Source: Lepidodermella squamata (Eukaryota > Animalia > Gastrotricha). Taken from it: a stretch of DNA of 64,000 nt. Numbering within the stretch: position 1 is the stretch's first letter; each line of letters starts with the position of its first letter. The translations under genes and the position numbers were made by a program. Positions 26,278 through 38,077 of this stretch are shown piece after piece. Below the pieces are notes generated by a model that saw only the letters and a list, made by a program, of their open reading frames with translations, had not been told where the DNA came from and did no database searches. Location of the stretch: positions 682,001 to 746,000 of the forward strand of contig JBLDXI010000074.1 of the NCBI GenBank assembly GCA_047495785.1. The letters are read 5' to 3'.

Positions 26278-27325
26278 CTGAATGCTATATTGTGCCATGT
26301 CGGCGTCGTAAAATTTGAACAATGAACTTAAAATCTCAATTGTTGATTTTTCGCTGCTACCTTACATCAAATCAGTATCTTACGCTAATTACCTATACTA
26401 TGAAACTATATTCATGATTTAATAGCAAAACGATCACGGCAATAAATAACGATATTCAAAAAGATGTTGAGGTTATTCTGCTTTCAATCCCCATAATTTT
26501 CGGCACCCCGTTTACTATTGTAATCACTTAAATTCCACCGAATTCGTGAGAAATGGGCAACCGATAATTTGAATTTTTCCGTAGAGGAACCATAGACGAA
26601 CCAGAAATCAAAGATAAGTGATGAACCTTCTAAGGGATGAAACCTTTCATGAGTTTGCAATTGAACACATGGAATATAGGGTTTCAATGCTAAAATATGC
26701 AAAATATGATCTCTTCGAGCTTTTGCTATATCAGTCAGTCAGTCTGCAAGTTATACGTCGGAGCGATTTATATCGATTTTCGGCTTAAATTTTATAATAA
26801 TAATTTAATTGTTACAAATATGCAGACCTTTATTTAACAGGCATGTTTAATCTGTGGAGTAATTAACACTCTGGCCTGAGGTCTGAGTCCAGTTCAAGCT
26901 AGCAGTCGTCATTCAACACGCATTTGCCGCGGTTGGAGGGTTAATTTCTTCGCCACGCGTGGGGCCATGCACAAGATCATCATTACCATTATCGACCTAG
27001 CTGGCGACAAGTGCGTTAATTGTTTCAAAAAGCCCCCCGTCATCATTGTAAAATAGCGCCCACGATATCAATATGGTTGAGATGCCCAGGTAGTATACGC
27101 GTGGCTTTTCTACGAGGTTGTGTACTGGCTAAAAGTTAAACGAAAGCATTATTATAAAACAACCATATACTAACCACTAATGTTCACGTGAAAATGAGAT
27201 GAAAAAACGTAATACCGGCATTTTAAACACCTCAGGGTCCATCTTGTAGGCAAAATGCGGTTTTTATGAATGAATAAACATTTTTTCTCATTTTAGACAT
27301 TATATAGGCGGTTTTGCTATTTGAA

Positions 27326-30300
27326 ATGCCGATCGTTGTCGACCAATCGGCTCATCCGAAAATTGAGCCCGAGCCGAACGAGGCCGAGGTCATGGCTGAA
27401 ATAGCCGATAATGAGGGCATCGGCCTCACGAAGCGAATCCTAAGCATAAAATGGGCCGATTTTTTCCGCGACCTTTTCCCATTCACAAGATGGCTTCCCA
27501 ACTACAAGTTTGCTAACATTTTCACCTTATTTTGAATAAATTCGTTTACAATATATCAGGATCGGTGATTTGCCGTACGATATTGTAGCGGGTATCACGG
27601 TTGGCTGCACCCTAGTACCTCAATGCCTGTCTTACGCTGCGATATGTAATGTCCGAAGTGAGGTCAGGAAAATGTCGACCCAAATTCAAATTTCTCCATT
27701 GAAAAATTCAAACTTCAATAGTTTGGCCTCTACTCAAGTTTCTTTGGCCAATTCGTCTATTTCCTTTTCGGGACGAGGTGAGCTCAATTGGTTTAGAAAC
27801 CTTGCATCATCCGCAATTATTTTTCTTAGTAAGGATGGATCTTTTGGACCTACTGCGGTAAATGTTTTTATGATTGTTATTTTTTAATAATTTTTTGAAT
27901 TGTCTCAAGATTACAGCTATGATGATGGGAATGGTTAACGCAATGTTCAACCCGTTATCAGACCAGGGTGACAACACCTACAACGCCATTATCATCTTCA
28001 TCAGCGGCCTGATTTTAATGCTGGTCGGAATTCTCAAGCTTGGCTTCATCGTCAGTCTATTTTCGATCCCAGTCGTCAGCGGTAATTTGATCGGAATTAT
28101 TTCGGAAAAATTACTTAATCAAATAATTCATTTAGGATTTACTACGGCGGCTGGGTTCGTTATCCTAGGAAGTCAGGTGAAGCTATTTTTTGGGCTAAAA
28201 TGGGCCCCAAATGACTCGCCTGGAACTTTTGTCAAGCAAATGAAAAATATTTATGACAGGTAAAACTATTCCTGAAATTTGATGAAATTTTTATGAATTT
28301 CAAAATAATTGAAGACGAGCTGAGATCAAACCTTTTGACGTGCTATGCGGCTGCCTGGTCATGATCACCCTGTTCATGTTCCAGTATACACCTGTCGTCA
28401 TTGCGAAGGTTAAGGAGCTTTATTGGAAGAAGAAGATGGGCAAACCCGTTCCGCCCATGAGTCCAACCGAAGCGAAGGTCATGAACGTCGTCAACTTAAT
28501 TGTCGCTAGTGAGTTTTCAAATTTTCATTAATTTCAGATTTTTTAATTGGAATATTATGAAATTTTTTGAATTTCGAAATTTTCAATTTTTAAACACTCT
28601 TAAATTTCAAAAAAATTATTTATTTATTTCAGTTGAACTTTTCCCTCTATTTTAGGCCGAAATGTCATCGTTTTTATCTTCGCAACCGGCGTCGCTTATC
28701 ATTTCTACCTTCAAGACCCTGAACTCGAGAAAAAACTGTCCCTCGTCGGGAAAATCAAACCCGGCCTTCCAACCTGGCAATTCCCAGCAACTTCAATCAT
28801 CGCCAACCGAACAGTTCTACTGACCCCAGATGAAATTATGGCGTTGTCAGGCAATGAGACAACAATTTACGAAAACGCTACGGCAAAAATAATCCCACCC
28901 GGTTACGAAATTTTACGCAACGCCTCAGGTTATTACCACGTTAAAGAGGTCACGCTGAAAACAATGTCGGAAATTATTGCTGATTTATCGGCGTATATCA
29001 TCATCATCCCGCTCATGACTATGCTGGAGCTCTTCGCGATAACAAAGGCGCTGGGCCGCAAGAATGGCTATCAAGTTAACCCGACTAATGAGTTGATTGC
29101 AGTTGGAGCGGCTAATTTCCTGCAGAGTTTTATCAACGCCTTCCCGTGTACGACAACCATCAGTCGATGTGCGTTGAATGACCAGTGCAAAGTGAAGACG
29201 CAACTGGCGAGTATTATTTCGGCTATTATTGTTATTATCACGCTGGTCGCGCTAACGCCGTTGTTTTACTACATTCCGAAGCCATGTTTGGCTGGAATTA
29301 TGATATGTGCTGGTTACAATTTGGTCGACATCAACATTGTAAGTTTCTGCTCTTCTGCTCTTTTGTCCTTGCTCATTTTGAAAAATTTGCAATTTTTAAG
29401 AATCTCTATGGATTCTTTAAAGTTGAAATTAATTGAAAGAAATTAATTTTTTTCTCGTAAAATTCTATATCATGATTTCTGCCGTAATTCATCTAGGTAA
29501 TTCACATGTGGAAAGAATCTCCAAGAGATGTCTGGATCCTTGTCGGAGCTTTTGTCGTAAGTTCCCAACTTCGATAATCGAACCATCATCCTCGAATTTG
29601 ATTTTATTCCTATATCCAGCTTTGCCTTTTCTACGATATTGCCTACGGCATTTTGATCTGTATCCTGCTCAACATGGTCCTTTTCCTGCGCCCGATTATC
29701 GACGTCCCACTTCACGTAAGCCAACGGCCAATGGTCATGCGAGGTGGTCTAAGCAGTGACGCCCACATGGTCACCATAGTTAAAATCCCTCACGGCATGG
29801 AATACCCGTCTTGTGACCGATTTATCGAAGAAATGTCGGTGATTATCGCAAATTCGAGCAATAAGTATGTCGTCTTGGATTGCCAGTTCATTCACTTGGT
29901 CGACTACAGTGGCATTCAAGCGTTTCGAGGCCTTGTTATGCTGGCTTTCAAGCTCGATAGGCACCTCATTTTCACAAATTTTAGCACAGGTAATAAAGCG
30001 ATATTTCCAATTCTTTTCATTAGCATGAACAATTATACATATAAAAATAATATAAAAATTCCGGATAAATTTTCACAAATTTAATCGATTCCCGAATTAT
30101 TTTGAAAAAAATTCAAATTTGCTTGAGATTTAGATTTTCCAACCAAAAGGATCAAAATTAAGAATTTGAATTTGAAATCAAATTTTAGCTACATTCACCT
30201 GGATTTAGTGGATTCAAGTCCTTTCCAATTTCAGTTGAATAATTTTCCTTAATTTTGAAATCTGAAATTGAAAAGAAAAAATTGTGTAAGTTCAAATTTA

Positions 30301-31471
30301 AAAAAAAATTCATTTGAAAATCGTGCCAAAGATAAAACTCGATTTTTTTCATTTTTTCAGAGCTGGCCAAGAAATTTCAAGAGATCGGCCTCGAACACTT
30401 CAACTACGTCGAATCTATCGACGACGCTGTTCGCCAGCACAACTGGGCCAGTAAATCGATCGCCAATTCCATGGCCCACATCAGTTCCGTCGTGGTACCA
30501 GCCGGTCCCGCTGGTCTTTCCGTAGCCCGGTCAATGGCCCGAATGCGGACATCGCGTGCCCGCCTTAGCATGGCCCAGTCTATGGCTAATCTAGGCACGC
30601 CTCAGGTCACCAATGCGGAACATGCGGAAATCGAGCAACAGGTTGTTGTTACTACGGAGGAGGTCGAATTAGGCCGGCCTATAACAAGCTCGGAAATGGG
30701 TACCAGCTGGCAGCATAGCGGCGGCCTATTCTCGGCTAGTATGACCAGCATGTGGGTGGCGGCTACTGTCGCACCGCCGGAGGAGAAAATCGTCAAGGAG
30801 TGGCAACGAACGGCTAGCCAACGCCGATTAGCAGCCGTGGGATCAATGGCACATCACAGTAAGCTTCGAATAATTTTATACACCTTAATTTTATTTAGGG
30901 TTCCAGCTAGCCCGTATCGATTTAGTATCGATTTTACTCTTCAGTGATTTGTGAGTGGATATGAAAAAAATGTGAAAATTCGGTCCAACCGGGTAAAATC
31001 CCGAAAATCGGGGTTTTCCGGGTTTTAACCGCACAAAATTGATGAAGATCTTTTTTCCTCATTTTAGTGTCACAAGCTCAACTTCAGCCCGTGGACACCA
31101 TTTTCGAAGAATCGTCGTACACCGCCGAGGAGGAAGAATACATACGGGAAATGGTTTCAGCCCGGTGTCGAAAATCGTCAGGAATCGTCATACACCCTCA
31201 CTCATCTCTGCGGAAACAAACCGAATCCGTTGTACCTGTATCGGAAGTAAGCCCGCCGTCAAGCATCGACGTTGAAATCAACACTGATGCAGCGAAAAAA
31301 TCGAAGAAAAGCGTGACGGTTCAAATGCCGCCTGAAACTGAGAAAGGAACTCAGACGCCGAAAATAACGGCGAGCAGTGGCGTTTTGAAGAAAACGAAAT
31401 CGGCTGATAAGTCTATTCAAAAAATCGACGAGGACGACGAAAATGACGAAGAAGAGAACAAACATTTGTAG
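27326..31471 (+). CDS. SLC26A11: SLC26A11-like anion transporter, copy 7 (divergent; longer N-terminus, extended N-glycosylated loop, several longer AT-rich introns)
   Basis: ATG 27326 MPIVVDQ...FPFTRWLPNYK; GFTTAAG; ELIAVGAANF; PCTTTISRC; STAS YVVLDCQFIHLVDYSGIQ; stop 31471. Confidence 0.85.
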
Positions 31472-32949
31472 ATTATATTTTCTGGACTTTCAATTTCGTG
31501 TTTTAATTGTAAAGAACGGCTGGAAAAACAGAAAAATATTCCGTGAATTTTATCAATAAATTATTCAATTTAATGTGTGACGGTAACATTTCTGCATCAA
31601 AAAAAATAAATTTCAACTATTATTGATAGAAATAATTGCAATATGCTGTGGTATCAAGGAATACCGAGAAACAAGTTTACGATAATTTTAGAAATCTTCT
31701 GCAGCTTAAATATGGTTTCGAGTGCTTGCTGGCATGTACCACTAAGCAATTATTTCGACATTTTACAGGGTGTCTTCAGGTATCTCATGAGTAACCAAAG
31801 CGTCTCAACCCCGAGGCAATTTCGGATGTCGTGGTTTAATATAATACTATGAAGCGTGTTAAACAGAATTGAATATATCGGAAGAAATCCAATAAAAAGT
31901 TAAAATACCGATATTTACCGAACCATTCCCTATGGGCTATTCCGGGTTTTATGGTGAATTTCGAATTCCTTAGGTGAGGCTATGGCGAAACTCTTCTTAG
32001 TAGCTAGAAACTGCTAAAAAACGAAAATAATCTATTTCGATTTTATTTCAATCGTGAAGTTCCAGAAATTTGAAAAAGGCATTTCTAGGCGAATTATTTA
32101 CTCCAAACTTGGTTCCGCAGCAGGCAAGTCTGGTTCTACTAAATGTGAAACCCATTTAAAATGTAGAATAATACTCGATCAATCCTTCACATTACGGCCA
32201 GAGATCGTTAATCGTCAGCTTGGATTAAAATTCCGGCGCAGTATTGATAAATAATCGAAAAAATATACAAAATATTGCTTGATTGTACCATATTTGTTCG
32301 ACATTTCCTATGTTATATGTAACAAGAGCCGTTTTAAAAAATCGATTCAACTAAACTAGTCTCCTGAAAATATAAGAATCTCATTGATCTCTCATAAGGA
32401 TTCAGCTTTTAAATCTTGTAACCTGCAGCAGTCAAGCTTGATCGGAAATTCTCAAAGCCGAACTTCATTTGAAAACTCCCCTAACTGAAAATAAACCACT
32501 GCTTTTTGCAAAAATGAGGCGATAATCCTTTATGGATATTTTTCAGTACAAATGACACTCGAAATCGTTAGAGCCCTTGACTGAATTTTCAAAAAGACAA
32601 AATTTTAAGAAAAACAAACGAATCTTTATTGACTAACAAATCCACTGTCAGAGAAAGCAAAATTCGTACGAGAAAATCGACAGAAATGACGACAAAAAGC
32701 AAGCGACGACGCTTTTTTCCTCGATCAATCAATCAAACAAACAAACATGCCGCAAGGCCGAAGAGTAAAACAATAATAAAAAGCTCTGTTGACTTCATTA
32801 TTCAGAAACAAAACAACACAAAAATCATTGGTAAGAAAAGGTTAATTAAATCAAATTAATAACACGCTCAATTTTTTCGGAGATTTTGGTTCTTCTCGCG
32901 AGACGAGAAAAATGAAAGAGTTGAAATAACAATTAATAAGGCAATACTA

Positions 32950-34678
32950 TCAACACTTCACGGGTTCAACAATCGCCGGCAGCTGCGCAATCACCGCATT
33001 GATATCGGTTTCGACTTCAATTTGAACCAACGGCTCGGGCGAGATTGACACATTCAAAACGCGAATCCACTTCGGGCAGCATTCGACTAGCATGTCAAAG
33101 GAAGCGCGAACTTCTTCTTCGCTGATCGGAGACGACCAAGAATACTTGACGGTGGCTAACAGATCTTTCAACGCGACAGATTTCGTGCCTCGGAAGAAAA
33201 GCCCGCGAATAATTCGAATAAGTTGAGGCAGACGAGTGCGGCGAATTCGCTTCAGATCACCGACAGGGTCGGCGATGGTTTGCAGATCCTTATCACGACG
33301 TTCCCGCTCGCGAACCTTCGCCACCAGATCTTCACGTAAACCAGCGAACGGGCCGGATTTGATCACCTTGAACGAGCTAGGCGTTGATGGGGCGATTATC
33401 GGAGCGACGCGAGACGTATCAGTGGTCGGGGCTGGCTTCTGCTCGATGAATTTGGCAAGATGGGGCGTTTTCGAGGCGTAACGTTCAAGAATATCCTTCG
33501 CAGACCAATGACGAGGAGTCGCGCCGCCGGGTCTTGTTGGCATTTGAGCGACCGTGATAACAGGTGTCGCGGTTTCCAGCGGGAATTGCGGGTGCCATCT
33601 GCGAAGCTTACTCGCATCGAGTTGAACAGCAATTCCAGGAGATAACGCCTTCAAATAATTCTAGAAAAAATCAGAGATATTTAGCTAAAGAAACATCGAA
33701 TAGCTGAATAACTTACTGCATGGCTTTCATAGACCAGCTTGAGGAGACCCTGGCGGAAGATGGTCTCGCGCTTCCTCATCAAACCGACAGTCAAGTGACT
33801 CTGCGGGCTCATTTGAATGTCTTCCTTATCGACACCAGCCATAGGATCGGCCCGGATAGTCAGCTCTTGTGTCACTGAGTTGTAATGCATCTGCACGTAA
33901 GACAGCTTGAAGCAACCCGGAAATACACTCAGTATTTGACCAAGATGTTCTTCTGTAAAGTTTCTGTTAATATACAACAACATTAGCTTGAAAAAGATTG
34001 ACAAGATCAAATAGCTAACCTTTTAGTAGCAGTTTCAACAGAACTCTTCAATTTAGCAAACGTTACGCTTTCGCCACGGTTGTCCATCATCGACACGCAA
34101 CGATCGGCTGCGATGAACATGTTCAGCAGAAGCTCGTAAGTTACAGGTAGCTTCAACGCTTCGTTGATCAGCTCGGTCTTATGAGCAATTGAAGGCGAAC
34201 AAGTTACCGGCTTCTCGACTTGCCTGGTCGGCGTATTGTCATTGTCCTTTAGAGGGCAACTACGCTTGATCAACAATTCCTCGGCCTTCTTGTACTTCGG
34301 ATAATCACTGGTATCAGGTTCGTTTTGAATCACGACAGTCTCTTGAACGACAACAGTTTCAATCGTGGTAACCTTCGTGACCTCCTCGACGTTCTCAGAG
34401 GTCTTAGCTTTCTTCGAAGTTGCCTTCTTGAAAGCTGCCTCGATCGGGGTAGCAGCCTTCCGCTTAGTCTCCGTGGTAGTAGGCGGCTTCGCAGGTTCAA
34501 CATTACGAGAAGTGCTTCGGAGGCGCTTGGCTAGGTGAGCTGTAGGAGTTTCTGGCTTGGGAGTTTCGGGAGCAACAGGAGTAACTTCAATAGCAGCAGC
34601 CTTGCTCTTAGCAGCAGTCGATCGGAGGCTCTTCTGCTGCGAGAACTGCTGAGTGATGGTGCGCTGGCGAGTGATCAT
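32950..34678 (-). CDS. CDT1: DNA replication licensing factor Cdt1 (3 exons: 34678-34020, 33963-33717, 33660-32950)
   Basis: N-terminal PIP-like QRTITQQF; geminin-binding region LKLPVTYELLLNMF..DR...TFAKLKSSVETATKR|NFTEEHLGQI; RWHPQF; GLREDLVAKVRERE; C-terminal winged helix RLPQLIRIIRGLF...ECCPKWI. Confidence 0.93.
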
Positions 34679-34974
34679 TGCGAAGAAGATGAAAACAAAG
34701 TAAAAATCTAAGGAACAAAACAAACTTAAGGCCTAAGAATAGCTAACAGCAGTATCAACAGAAAGAAGGAAGTTCGAAGTACTGAACTTGAAATAGAAAA
34801 TGATGGGACATCTGGTGCCATAAAAAAGGACCGTAGACTGGTGTAAACTCCAGGGCATGAATGATGCGTCAGCTGAATAGCGGCATGGGCTAAGCGCTAG
34901 CCTTGAAGCGTAACGTTCCGTAACACAGCGTGCCTTCGAGGGGTGAGCAGGTGAGCCACCCTTTCACGCAAAGC

Positions 34975-35165
34975 TCCGCCCATTTCTGAAAGCGCGCCAA
35001 ACTTTCCACCCCTTCGCGCGCCCCTTGAATTTCCCGCCATTAAAAATTAAATATTGTAAATTTATTTTAAGCAAAATTTTGTGCACTGCTAGCATATCAG
35101 CATATTTAAATGTGATGATTATTATTAGAATCACGCGCGCGATTCAAAGAAAAGGGCGGGAGATT
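34975..35165. promoter_or_regulatory. Candidate bidirectional G1/S promoter with E2F and CHR-like elements shared by CDT1 and cyclin E
   Basis: TTTGGCGC (minus, 34994-35001), TTCGCGCG (35013-35020), CTTGAA (35024-35029), TTTCCCGC (35030-35037), ~90-bp AT-rich spacer, CACGCGCGCG, TTTGAA (minus, 35143-35148), TCTCCCGCC (minus, 35155-35163), between divergent ATGs 966 bp apart. Confidence 0.7.
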
Positions 35166-35643
35166 AAACTTCGACGTTACGCCTGGTTACCGTGAATGCT
35201 GTAACATGTTATGCCGGGGTGCAAGGTCACACTTGCCGTAAACTTGAGCCGTAAAAGCAAATCGCCCTGTCGCTTTCCGATAATGCGGTTACAACCTGAT
35301 TACAAGTGTACCTCCCTTTTATCTAGGAAGATGCCACCCTGCACCGCAGATAATCTCTCGTTTTATTAGGTGTCGACCTGTGTTTACGGGATTACCCTGG
35401 ATTAGTTACAACATTAAAGTTCTTCCGATTGGTATCATCTGTGTTGCATGCAGCAACCTGTAAGATCGCCGATTAGCCTGTCTAATTATTGCTCATCAAC
35501 CAGGCTTGGAATCGTTCATCACGTTCATCGTGCTCTGAGACACACCCTCTCGTCTTTCTCGGGACTGGGATATCTGTGCATCATTCAAGCTTTTCTTTAT
35601 CTGTAGCATTGTTTTAATTTATAAATACATATTTATATATACC

Positions 35644-37419
35644 ATGAATCCAGATGGAAGCCAGCAGTTTCGGTAAGTTGGACCATCAGTTTTAATTTCG
35701 CAAGTATAACCAGTTGTCTTTACAGTCAAATTGATATGTTTGGAATGGCCAATGTTAACAATCAGCTTGTTTCTCTATCGGTAAACAATCGATTGACGAT
35801 GGCCCACGCTCATGCTGCATCAGTGTCAGAGAACTTGAGGATATTCCGCAAGAGGCGAAGCGATGACATGGAAAATATCGATTATCGGGTATGTTAATGA
35901 AAGTGATTTTATCGAGCAGAATGTTTATATCTCATTTTCACAGCCACGAAGCTTGCCAGCCGACAACTTTGCAATGCAATTCTTCCACAGCAACTTTATA
36001 ACTGGGCAATCACCATCGGCTAACGCAATCCAACAAATCTTTTGCGATCAATTCTCGGGCCCTGTTGCTTCGGTAAGATTGATTTGTTAATATTGCGATA
36101 ATAGCTCAATATTTTTGTTCATTAATCAGTGGGATCTATGCGCCCCAATGCCTGCTCATATGACAACTAGCACTCCTGTGTCCCAGAAACCAGTTCAGTC
36201 GCTTATTCTATCAGCCAATCGTGCTCCTGATGTGTTTTTTGGTTAGTAAATCATTCATTGTATATTACCCAATCTTACATGTGTATGTTTAGATCAACAA
36301 TTCTGGAGGAAATACCAAAACACGAGTCAAGCATCTACGTCGAGTGAAAATTCAACCGCATCTCGGCCGGCTATTCAAACGCAACGCTTGATTTTATCAC
36401 CGTTACCTCAGTTGAACTGGACCGACCGCGTCGAGTTATGGGAGAACATGTTGCGCAAGGATATTGCGTATACGCGCAGCGTAAACTGTTTGTCACGCCA
36501 CCCAAAACTGCAGCCCAAAATGCGCTCAATCCTGCTAAGCTGGATGACCGAAGTTTGCGAAGTCTACAAGCTACACCGCGAAACCTACTATCTTGCCATC
36601 GATTTTCTCGACCGATTTCTCGCGACGACAAAGCAAGAAATCCCGCCGAGCAACTTGCAGCTAGTCGGCATCACCACGCTGTTTATCGCCGCGAAAATCG
36701 AGGAGATCTACCCGCCGAAAATGCGCGAGTTCGCTTACGTAACCGACGGCGCCTGCCTCAAGGAAGAAATCCGTCGTATGGAAGCGATAATTCTCACAAC
36801 TTTGGACTGGCAGTTGTGTCCCTTGACGCCTGTTGGTTGGCTGAGTACCTTCCTTCAAGTCGCCTATCTATCAGATGTGTCGCAGAAGGGCCTAGGAGTT
36901 GCTGATATGGTGATGCCGAAGTACTCCCGCGATTTTTTCGCCGCAATCTCTCAAATTCTGGACCTTTGCGTTCTCGATGTTGAAAGTCTGAAGTTCCCCT
37001 ACAGTCACCTAGCGGCCTCGGCTTTGTACCACATGTCGAGTATGAACATCGTGAAAGCCTCGAGCGGTTTCTCCTTCGAAGTCCTCATGCCCTGTATCGA
37101 ATGGATGCGGCCTTACGTTGAAGTTCTCTTCGAGAAAGGCTTCGATGAAATGCATCATTTCGAGGGAGTTTTACAAGAAGAACAACACACGATTCAACAG
37201 CACTCGGTTGACAACGAGTTGTTGGAAAAGGCCTTCCGAAAAGCGGCTGAAAATCGCGTGAAATCACAGTCGAGAAACATATTCTCGGACTTGACGTGGA
37301 AGAGCCAGGTCGACAGCCCGGCGCGATGCCCGTACCAGCAGAACATGCCGTTGACGCCGCTGATCACGCCGCCGGATTTGAGCTCGGAGATGGACCATTC
37401 GTCGTCGCAATTCAACTAG
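35644..37419 (+). CDS. CCNE: G1/S cyclin E
   Basis: ATG 35644, small 5' exons incl. RKRR NLS; SPLPQLNW; cyclin box HPKLQPKMRSILLSWMTEVCEVYKLHRETYYLAIDFLDRFL; AAKIEEIYPPK; FAYVTDGAC; HTIQQH; C-terminal LTPLITPP degron. Confidence 0.95.
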
Positions 37420-38034
37420 TCTTGTAAAATTTCGTGTTTTTTGTTAAACCTACTTCAACCAAATTTTGTTAAAAATTCGTTGCGTGTTTCCTGTTTGATA
37501 TCTGTACAAAAATGATGAAATTTTTTTGAATGATAGAAAAAGCTCTATTTCTTCAATTAATCGAACGTATGTATATTTAATCCTTATTAATTAATTAATT
37601 GAAATTGTTGTTGCCCTCGTGCCGCTATAATGGAAGGAGTAGAGAATGAAGACGAAAGTGGTGTAAAATTATTATTTTTTACCGAAAATTTCTGTGTGTT
37701 TTGTTCTTAATAATTTGTCTCTCTGTCCAGATCTTCATTATATATACCGTATATTATTATTATTATTATTATTAATATTAATCGCAAAAAATATTGTAAC
37801 AAACCAAACTTCGCATACAAAAATGTAACATTAATATTTCATGAGTAAAAAAACGAATCCGAAAAAAATTATTTCGCCTCGATTTAATTGAAAAAAATTG
37901 ATGAGAGTTGTGTGAGTGTGAAAACTTGATTGTACTCAATTAAAAATGACGCGTTAATTTCGACCTGCGTTCGATGATCGAACATGTGTACGTATGTATA
38001 AAAAAACAGATTGCTATTAACGATCGGAAATGAT

Positions 38035-38040
38035 AATAAA
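38035..38040 (+). terminator. Probable cyclin E polyadenylation signal
   Basis: First AATAAA I found after the cyclin E stop, ending a ~620-nt AU-rich stretch and followed by a U/GU-rich tract. Confidence 0.5.
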
Positions 38041-38077
38041 GTAACATTCGCTTTTTTAATTTTGTTTGTTTCAAATA

